A DNA stretch of 64,000 nucleotides, taken from assembly GCF_000142905.1 (NCBI RefSeq), contig NW_013657678.1:372001-436000 (forward strand), read 5' to 3'. Positions within the stretch are counted from its first letter, which is position 1. Every line of letters begins with the position of its first letter. The notes under the pieces were generated by a model that did no database searches, was not told where the DNA came from, and saw nothing but the letters and a program-made list of their open reading frames with translations. This DNA is from Thecamonas trahens ATCC 50062 (Eukaryota; Protista; Apusomonadida). Shown one piece after another: positions 33,162 through 43,500 of the stretch. Made by a program: the position numbers and the translations under genes.

Positions 33162-34475
33162 ATGTCTGGCAGGAGGACATATGTGGGGCAGGGCCTGCTG
33201 TGGGCCATCGGGCAGACTGCACGCACGTGGTGGGCGTGGATGCCCGTGGTCATCCTTGCCTTTCTCGCTGCCTTTGTCTTTGGCCCTGGCTGGAACTGGA
33301 TCTCCTTCCTCATCGAGTACGAGGGCCACAGGGACTGCACCGTCACTGCCATCACCACCACATCGGCAGGCTTTTCCGCCTCTCTCTCTCTCTCGGATGG
33401 CTCTCGTGCCTACAACTTTACCGCTGCTTCAGACTTTGACGCCAACGGCATCAACTGCCGCGACTTGTCCTCCTCGGGCGGCCTCGCCTCCGACATCGTG
33501 TCCGACATCGGCGTCGGCGACCGCATCACCTGCTACCTCAAGCGTGGAAAACCCATCGCGTCGTATGATGGACCAGTCTATGTCTTTCCAACCCTGCGGC
33601 GGAACTGCTTCATCCACAAGTTCATGCCCGCCCTTGTCATCTGCCCCATCCTCTCGTTCTTCTACCTCTGCGGCGTCCTTGTCACCCTCAAGCCCAAGGT
33701 CTCCAAACCCGGCACCTGCCTCAACCGCACTGTCGGCCGGTTCTTCTCACTCTCCATCACCTACATTTGGGCCGTTCTCTACATTGTCGCCATCATCATC
33801 TTTGCCTCGCTCTTCTTCTCCAACGTCTTCTTCTCCATCACCACCCGCGCAGAGTGCACCATCCACGCCAAGGGCCGCCGCATCCACTGCCTCCGCTGCT
33901 ACAACGTGCTCAACAACAATCGTGAGCCGCGCACGCCCTCGCACTGGTGTTCGCACTCTATGGTTTGCACCAAGGGCATAACAGGCCACGCCTCGCTCTA
34001 CGACGCTTGGGTCGACGTTACCTACACCATCCCCTCGTCGTCGGCCGTCTTCTCAGTATCCGCAGACTCGGACATTGTCGCTTCACCAGAGGGCCGCGGT
34101 TCGTCGTCCTCTCCTCGCATCTCGTCCTATCTCGCCAACATCGCCATCAACTCAACCATCCCGTGCTTTGTCTCTGTTTATGGCTCATCTGGCGATGTCT
34201 GGCTCGATGGCTACAATCCTGAGGAGCGCGACCCGTACATTCTCTCGGTCACCTTTATGCTTCTCTTCCCCATCATCTTCATCCTCGTTGGAGCCTGCAT
34301 TTGTTGCCGGAGACGCCACTGCCCGCGCTTCTGCTACATCGACACCTGGTCTGAGCCCATCCGCTTTGACCCCGACTCGGGTTCGTACACCTACGACACT
34401 GTTGACACGACTGCCGACGACTACACCTACGGCGCTTCGACTGCCACCTTGACCGACGACGACGATGACGATTAA
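33162..34475 (+). CDS. four-TM protein with two tandem TM-(Cys-rich loop)-TM units (BK-beta/DUF3592-like)
   Basis: Both loops begin xCT[VI] and end with IGVGDRITCY / IAINSTIPCF before the next TM. Cys cluster CICCRR follows the last TM. Confidence 0.7.
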   Translation: MSGRRTYVGQGLLWAIGQTARTWWAWMPVVILAFLAAFVFGPGWNWISFLIEYEGHRDCTVTAITTTSAGFSASLSLSDGSRAYNFTAASDFDANGINCRDLSSSGGLASDIVSDIGVGDRITCYLKRGKPIASYDGPVYVFPTLRRNCFIHKFMPALVICPILSFFYLCGVLVTLKPKVSKPGTCLNRTVGRFFSLSITYIWAVLYIVAIIIFASLFFSNVFFSITTRAECTIHAKGRRIHCLRCYNVLNNNREPRTPSHWCSHSMVCTKGITGHASLYDAWVDVTYTIPSSSAVFSVSADSDIVASPEGRGSSSSPRISSYLANIAINSTIPCFVSVYGSSGDVWLDGYNPEERDPYILSVTFMLLFPIIFILVGACICCRRRHCPRFCYIDTWSEPIRFDPDSGSYTYDTVDTTADDYTYGASTATLTDDDDDD

Positions 34476-34540
34476 AGCGCCGCAAAGAACAGCAATGAAA
34501 TGCAAGAGCATGCCATGCGTTTACCACAGCGCACTCGCAC

Positions 34541-37500
34541 TTACCGGCTAGACCCGAGGTCGACATCCGGGAGCGAGACGGAGCCCGAGCCCGAGTCCGA
34601 GCATGCGCCCGTGCCCACTCCCGACCCTACGCCCGAGCCGGTGTTGAGCCCGTTCTCGTTGAGCCGCGGGTTCGATGCATCGTACACCCAGTAGTCAATG
34701 ACTTCGGACGCCATGCCCTCAGCAATCCAGTCGGTCTCTGTGGTCAGGACCCACGACGACTCCTCGGATCCAGCCAGGCCCGACGTCTGCCCTGACTCTT
34801 GGGTGCGGAGTGCCGATGAGCGCGATGCCACAGCGGCCGCGCCTGCTCCGCCCGCAGCCGCGGAAGCGAGCGCAGCCTGGGTTCGCGGGCCGCGGCTGCG
34901 CCGGTCAGGCCCGTCAGAGGACATCGACACGTCTGACGACGACGACGGGCTGCTGGACCGCTTGTCGGTTGCGGCGGCACCTGCTCCAGCTGCCGCAGTC
35001 AACAAGGCCGACTCGGACGCCAGTGACGACACCGTGTCGTCCGGCGATGTGTGACTCATGTCGGTATGCCTGCTCGCCTCGCCGGCGGGCGCCTTGTCGC
35101 CGCTCGCAGCGATGCCTCCCGCAAGGCTGCTTGCCGCCCGCGGACCCTTGTCGCCGCGCCTGGCTCCGGCGCTCCGCGTGCTACGCTTGCGCCGCGATGC
35201 CGCGGCTGCGCCGACGGCTGCACCAACACCAACACCAGCCGCCGTCTTGGTAGCAGCCTTTCGCCCACCAAACTTGGCTCCGTCCTTGCCTAGTTCCACA
35301 GAGAGGACCGGACGCAGTGACGAGGCCGCGGCGGCGCGCGCTGCCACCACCCGCGGCGACGTGTCGAGCTTGGTCACAGGCTTGCGCGGCTCGTCGCTCG
35401 ACATGCTGAACGAGTCGGTCTCGTCACCCAGCACAGACTGCGAGCCCGATGCCGAGACGAGGCCCTCCTGCGAGTCCGAGAGGTGAATGACCGCCACTTT
35501 CTCCACAGGGTCGACAATCGTGAGCGCCTTCGCCTCCTCAGGCTCCTCCTTCTTGCGGCAGCAGAGGAAGAGGAGCCAGAACAGGCAGCAGCAGCAGCAG
35601 AGTGCAAGGAGCGCAAGCAGCATGCCGAGGAGCCAGTCGGAGAGACCCGAGCCCGAGCCCGAGTCGCGCCCACCTCCGGTCACCGATCCAGCCGTGGTTG
35701 TACCAGGTGGCGGCGGCGGCGGCGCAGTCACGCTCCGCTCGAGGTCAGGTACATAGTCTACCGTCCCGTCAGGCATCATCAGTGCACCGACCACCCGCAT
35801 CGGCTCGCTGGTTCCGCCGACTACGGCATCAGCCCACACCGCGTTGGCCATCCACGCCTGGGTCATGTTGCCATGCGTCGCCATTCCATGTTGACGCGTC
35901 GACATCGGCAGCGCCTGCCACGTGCCGTCGACCCACAAGTACCCGATGCCGTCCTCGATCATGGCCACAGCAACAACTCCAGGCTCAACTTCGTAGCCCG
36001 ACCCGACAATCTGCGACGGATCTGTCGGCGCAAAGTACACTCGCTGCACCACATCGCTCATCGGTGCCTCACCAGCTTCGCCGTAGGTCGCCAGCATGGC
36101 AGACGTGATCACTCCGTCCGTTGCGTACGCGAGCGCCTTGTAGTCGTTGCGGTCGCCCGGAGAAATCGCAGGCGCGCCGACTTGCGGCGGCAGGCCATCG
36201 TCCGGGCCGTCGTTGATCCACTTGCCGTTGTAGAGCGGATTGGACAGCACCGGCCCACCCGGCGCCCATACATCGGCACCCAGCCCCGGATTGTTGATGT
36301 CGACCACAAGCGGTGGCACACCGCCGTATGTGCTACCCGACGGCCGCCCACCAATTTTGACCTCGGTGTTCGGCACAAAGTCAACAACATCGTCGTGCGG
36401 ATTACCCGGCGTGCCCGAGTCTGAGACCAGCGCGCCAACCACAGAAATCGGCGTCAACCGGTCGACGCCGTACTCAGGGTTGCTCCACACGTTCTTGGAG
36501 ATCTTGACCTCGGTCACCCGACCCGACCGAACCACGTCATACTCGGACGCATCCAGCGGGATCCACTTCCACTCGCCTGAGCGACCGGTCCCGCCGTAGC
36601 GGTACCCGATGCCGTTGTACGTCATTGCAACCGCAAACCGACCATCTGCCATCTCGTAGCCGGTCTTTGGCAATCCGGCAGGCGAGAAGAAGATGATCTC
36701 GTCAGCCGTCGGCTCATTGCCCGTACGTCGCGTGAGCAGCGCAGCGACCTCGTCGTCTGACGCCACTTGCAGTAGCGCCGTGTAGTCGTCAACCACATCC
36801 AGGCTACCCGAACCACCAGCATCGAGCCGCACACCGTCGTTCACCCCGTCTGTGCTTGACTCGACGTTAAACGTCGGTGCCAGCGTGGCCCAATCTGACC
36901 CGCTTCCATCTACCACCACCCACAACGGCGGGAGGGGTGATGGTGGCGGAGGCGATGGCGGCGGAGGCGACGGTGGCGGCGGCGACGGAACAACTGGCGG
37001 GAGAGGCGATGGTGGCGGAGGCGATGGTGGCGGCGGTGGCGGAGACGGGCTCGGTGGCGGCGGCGGCGGAGATGGGCTCGGTGGCGGCGGCGGCGGAGAC
37101 GGGCTCGGCGGCGGCGGCGGCGGAGATGGGCTCGGCGGCGGCGGCGGCGGCGGAGACGGGCTCGGCGGCGGCGGCGGCGGCGGCGGCGGAGGACTTGGCG
37201 GCGGCGGCGGTGGGCTTGAAGGCATACCCATAGGTGGCGGCGGAGCAGGGACCTGCCCCGGCCCCCAGGCCACAAGATCGGGACCAGCGTCGACAATGTC
37301 GTCGGTGGTGTTGTCGGGCGTGCCTCGCGTGTCAGTCAGCGTCGCCACAACCTGGGTCTCCCACTCTGGATCGACGCCAAACTCGGGATTGGACCACGCA
37401 AGCTTGGAGACTCGGTACTCTGAGATGGGGCCACCGGTGTGTGAAGTGTAGTACGAGCTCGGCAGCCGCGACCACGACCAAGTGTTCGAGAGCCCAGATC

Positions 37501-40500
37501 CAGTGTAGACGTAGCCGATGCCACGATAGATCATGGCTTGGGCATACCGGCCGTCCGCCAGTTCGTACCCAACGGTCGCGTTGGGGTGGACAAAGAAGAC
37601 GGTCTCCTCAATGTTGGCTCCGATTGATCCGTTGCCATACCGCATCATGTACACTGCCACTGACGAGTTGTCTTGCGCATACGTCACCGACGCCACATCG
37701 TGCGCAGGCTCGAGCTCCCGCTGAATCGGATAAGGATCCTCTTTGGAGAGCCCATCGTTCGATCCGTCGTAGTACCGCGTGAGCTTGAACTGCGGTCCCA
37801 CACCGCCCCACTCACCGGCATGTCCGTCGACAGTAACAGGCACGTTCCACGTCGGCTCGCCCGGCCCAAACCACACTCCCGTGCCTGGAGGTGGCGGCGG
37901 CGTCGAACTTGGCGGCGGCGCAGGCACGCCGTCCCAAACGTCCGGCACGTAGTCGATGACATCATCATACGGGTAGCCGAGCGTCCCGCCGTCGGAAAGC
38001 ATCGTCGCCACCACCGTCATCGGCGTATCAGTCGTCAGGCCGTACGTGCCGTCGCTCCACACACTCCGCCTCATGATAGCCTCCACTGTGTTGCCCGACC
38101 GGCCGTAGCCAAAGTCAGCCCCATTGATCGGCTCCCATGCCCACTCGGACGACCGCACCGAGCCGGCGTACTTGTACCCGACGCCGCCCTGGATCATCGC
38201 CGCAGCGTATGTGCCTGGTGCCACGGCAAAGCCGCGAGTGATCGTGGTCGAGTCCTCCGGCACAAAGTACACGGTCTCGTACACTCCCGGCTCCGGCGAT
38301 TCGTCCTCTTCGCCGTACGTCATCGTGTACGCCGCGAGCATGTCGTTGACGTCGACATAGCCCATGGTCGAAAAGTCGTTGCGCGCCTCCATGGCCCGCA
38401 CAGAGCCGGCCTGCGCATTCCACGTCCGTCCGTCGTTGCGCCCGTCGCTAACGTTGGTTGCTCGGCCCAAAGCCCGAGCGTGAACCACTCGTCAAGCTGG
38501 CCGTCCGCAAACACACCAGGCGGCGCCGGCGGCGGTGGCGGGTACGCAAACCCGATGACGTCCGGCACATAGTCGACCAGATCGTCGCTAAAGTCAAACG
38601 GCGTTCCAGCTGTGTTGGTCAACGTTGCCACCACAGACATGTTGATTCCAGGCGCAAGTCCCAGTCGCGGTGCCGTCCATGCATCGCGGTACATCCGCAC
38701 CTCGGTCTGTCCGTTCACCGTAACCGACTCGTAGTAGTCAGCCGGCAGCTGCGTCCACGACCACGCGGCAGACTTGGACGACCCAGCGTAGACGTAGCCG
38801 ATGCCGTTGAGAATCATCGCCACTGCATGATGGTCTGGCGCCACTGTGTACCCCGCGTCGCCAGCGCTCGCGTTGGACGGGAGAAAGAACGTCGCGTGCT
38901 GAGCCCCACCCGAGTACGTCTCACTCGGCGAGTACGTCCTCGTCATCGCCACCACAGACGCTTCGTCATGCGCTGTTTCAAGCCGGACAAAATCATCGCG
39001 CGGGCCGGTGTACCGTGGATACGGCGAAGGATCAGAAGATGTCAGCGCGTCGTCCGGCCCGTCGTTGATGACCCGGTGGCCATAATCAGCCCCAAGGCCA
39101 GGCCACTCGGACAAGTCGCCGTCCACAACCACGATGCCACCGGCTCTCGGCAGGCCTGGCGGGGGCGGCGGCGGCGACGCCGAAAACGGCGGCGGCGGCG
39201 CGCGGATTGCAAACGGACCCGAGTCTGGAATGTGGTCGATGACGTCGTCGTTGACGTCCGACGTGCCCTGGGTCTTGGCGATCACCGAGTACACGTACAT
39301 ACCGTCGTTAAAGTCGAGACCATAGTCGCGGCCCGCGCCGGCCCACACTGACCGCTCCATTCGTACCTCGGTCACATTGCCCGACCGAGCAAAGTCGCTC
39401 GACCACTCGGGCAGCTGCCGCCAGGCCCAAGTGCCGGACCGGTCCGGCCCATCATAGGCAAAGCCAAAGCCATTGACAATCATCGCCACAGCATACCCGC
39501 CCGGAACAGGATACCCGCGTGTTGCGTCGGGCGACGCAAAGTAGAACGTCGTCGTTGTGTCGGCGTCAGGCGCCTCGCTTGCCCCGGCATATGTACCCGC
39601 ACGCGCCGCCACGTACGCCGCATCCGACACGTAGGTGAGGACCGCGTAGTCGTTCTGCGGCGCAATGGGATGCGCAAAAGGCGACGTATCCGACACCAGC
39701 AACCCGTCGTTCGAGCCGTCGGTGACATCGACGCGACCCCACTGCGGTTCGTCGAGTGACGATGGCGAGACCCACTCGGAGCCGTCGCCGTCGATGACAA
39801 CAGGAAGCAGCGACGGCGGCGACGGCGGCGGCGGCGGTGCGCCGACGTCAAACGGCCCAGTGTCGGGCGCCGTGTCAACCACGTCGTCTGTACTGTCAAA
39901 CGGCGTGTTCTGCGTGTTTGTCAGCTGGACCACTGCAGCCATCAGGGCGTCAGCAGGCACACCGTACTCGGCACCCGCCCACGCCAGCCGTGACATCCAC
40001 GCCTCAGTGGTGTTGCCAGACCGGCCATAGCCGAACCGTGTCGACGCGAGCGCCGACCACGACCACACACCCGACTTGGTGTTCCCGGTGTAGCGGTAGC
40101 CGATGCCGTTGAGGATCATGCCGACAGCGTACACGTCTGGATGAGCCTCATACCCAATGAGCGTGTCCGACGCGTTGGCCGGTCCAAAGAACACCGCTGT
40201 CTCCACCCACGAGTCGGGCTCAGCGTTGTCTTGTGCGTAGGTCTTGAAGAGAGCCGCCACTCGCGCGACGTCCTCGACGTGCGCGAGCGTCGCGATATCG
40301 TTGGCGGCGCCGGTCACTCGCGGGACCCGGTTCGCTGACAGCGTCGCGTCGTTGGGCCCGTCGGTGATGTCGACTCGATTGACTGACGCGCCACTGTAGG
40401 AGCTCCATTCTGAGTCGTCACCGTCTGCCAGCAGACTTCCGAGCGCTGGCGGCGGCGGCGGCGGGCTCGGTGGGCTCGGTGGGCTTGGCGGGCTCGGCGG

Positions 40501-43500
40501 CACATAAACGTACGTTCCATAGTCCGGCACGTCGTCGTAGAGGTCGTCGGAGAGGTCGCCGGGCGTCCCGCGCGTGTTGGTCACCGTGGCCACAGCCATC
40601 ATGTGGCTGTCTCTATCGAGACCAAAGCCGGCGGCCCACGCCGACTTGGAAATCGCGGCCTCGGCGGTATTGCCGCTCGACACCGCTGAGAACGCGTCAG
40701 CCTCGAGAGCGCTCCAAGTCCATCCGCTTCCCACGGTCGTACCCGAGTAAACGTAGCCCTGCCCGTCGAGGATCATGGCCACTGCGACAATGCCCGGTGC
40801 GACGCGGTAGCCGGCGCTTGCGAGCGTCTCATCTGCAGGCGCAAAGAAGAGCACCGTCGAAGTGCCTGCGTCCGGCGGCGTAGCCGTCGGCGCGTGCGTC
40901 TGCAGCCGTGCGTACATGGTGGCATCGTCAAACGCAGTCGAGACCACGGCGGCATCGTTCTGCGCCCCGGTGACGACGTTGGTAAAGCCGTCAGCCGAGC
41001 GCGCGTCGTTAGCACCATCGATGGTGTCGATGCGGCCATAAGATGCACCGAGCGCATCCCAATCGCCGCCACTGCCGTCAATGATAATCGGTGCCCTGGG
41101 CGCAGGCGCCCATGTCGTTGCCATCTCAACATGCTCGCCGCTCTCCGGCACAACGTCCGTCCGCCGTTCGCCACCTTCGGGCGGAATGTATGTCACGGTA
41201 GCGTACGCCATGTACGTCGCGTCCGGACCCTGATCCTGAGCCAGCCCTGCATCGGCAGCTGCAGATGCTGCTCCTGGCATGATCGTGTGCCGCGGCGTGG
41301 TAAGCAAGCTCCGCACAATCGTGATCTCCAGGCCAGCAGGACCGGCTGAGATGTCGATGAGTCTGCCCGAGGTCGGATGCCGCGGCGAAATCTGCACCCA
41401 CGACCAACCGAGGCCATCTGCGCCGCCGGCAGCATCGTCGTAGGCAAAGAACACATCGTTAAACACCATAAACTGGGCGCGGAACCCGGTCCCGCCTACC
41501 AGCGAGTAGCCCGATGGCAGGCCCTTGACGCCCAGAAACACGATGAGCTCCATGTTGTTGGCAGCCGGAGCCGTGAGCGGCGTTGCCGATCCGGCCAGTT
41601 CGAGCCGGACGTGGACGTGCGAGAGCGAGTGACTAAGCTCGAGGCCGACCACATCGGCGTAGTCAGGAAGGCTGGGGTTGGCCGACGTCGCGTCGTTGAG
41701 CGCGTCGACAACGCGAACGCCGTTGTTGATGCCGGCCAACGAGGTTGGCGTCAGGCTCGGCACACACTGCCACCCGCACACCGAGCCGCAGTCGATGCCG
41801 TCTTCGGCCGGATCGATGATGCCGTTTGAGCAGTGCGCCGGCGGGCAGCTCCGTCCGCATGCGCTCCCGCAATCGACACCCTCCTCCTGCGATGAGTACA
41901 TGCCGTCCGAGCAATGAGGCAGGGGGAGCCACTCGAGCCGCGGAAGCGCCACGCCGGTCTCAGGCAGCCAGCCAGCGGTCGAGTACGTGTTGACGGCATT
42001 GCTCGCTGCCACAATCCGGACGAGCACCGGTGTGGTCACGCTCGGCACAGCAGGAAGGCCAGCAGCGGTGAGCGCGGCCTCGCTAATTGAGGCCTCAACA
42101 ATGCCAGCCGACGGCGTAACAATGATCGAAAGCGACGTTTGCGGAAGCGGCGACCACAGAAGAGTGTCGTCCGACGAGGCAAGACCAAGCGCGGCCCGGA
42201 TGCCGAGTGGCGAAGCAATCGTGCCCGAGCTCGACCCGACGTACGCGTACGGATCACCACCAAACACTGCGAGCTTTGGCTCTGGCGGATTACCAGGCGT
42301 CGCAAGAACCATAGCAAAGTCGTCGACAACCGTGATGGTAGTGTCTGCGAGCGAGAGCACGTCGAGGCGGTAGTAGGCACCGGACGATGAACTAAACGAG
42401 TACAGCGTTCCCGACGCCGAGCTCGCTGCCCGGTGAACTGCGGTGAGGAGAGGGAAAGTCGATGCGGCTGGCACGCCGGTGGCCAAGACAAGGCCGTCCT
42501 CGGCAAAGCTCACACCGTGCGGGATGGCATCGACGTCGCCCGGACCTGAGTTGTCGCGCGGAGTGGCCGACACAAAGATGCGGAGCGCGTCCGGTCGGGC
42601 CGAGTACAGCAAGTTGACATCAATGTCAAGATAGGTGACGCGGGCGAGCCGGTCCTGATGCGCGAGCGTGACGGCCGAGGTCTCGGCGTTGTACTGCGGA
42701 TGCGGAAGCCAGCCCCAGCCAGTTCCGGCAGCTGCGTCATGGATCGACGGAACGCCGTCCAGAACAAGGACGTCAAAGCCGCGAAGGTAGCCAGAGGCCA
42801 GTGAGTCGTCGGTGTTGAAGAATATGGCAAGCTGGGAGTTGTCGAGGAGCGACGGCTCTGCGGCCGAGACCATGACGGTCACCTTGGTGCGGGCACCGTC
42901 CATGACAGCGGAGACCGCAAGGAGGTCGGTGGCGCCTGCCTTGAGCTTGATGGCCGGCAGCGAGTCTGTCGAGCCAAAGGAAAGCGCGGTGGCAGTGGCC
43001 GGGTAGGTGTACGGCAGCGGGGCAATCGGCGGGCGGACCGAGAACGTCATGGAGGCTTCGTTGTTGCCTTCGTCTGCCTCGGCACGGCGAGTACAGCGTC
43101 GAGCGTGACCGCGACGGCGTAGCCGGCGCCAGGCTTGTTGATGGGCTCGTGGGGGATGTCGATGGTGGCGGTGGCGCCAGGGAGGAGCCACGGCGTGTAC
43201 ACGTTTCCGTTCTGGGCCTGGACCGACGACGACCACATGTAGGCACGGGAACTTTGCGAGATGCCGACGCCGATGTTCTGCATGGTGACAACAACGTCAA
43301 AGGCCTCACCGGCACGCGGGGCAGGAGGGCGGAGGGTCATGTTGGTAACAACCAGGTCCGGGGCCGGGTCGTGCTTGTACACATGCGATGGCGCGGTATA
43401 AAAGTACGACTCGAGGAGGACATCATCGTCGTTGTTCGACGTGTCGTGCTCGGCCGCCTGACCAACTACCTCGGCCGTCACGTACAGGTGGTTGCCGATG

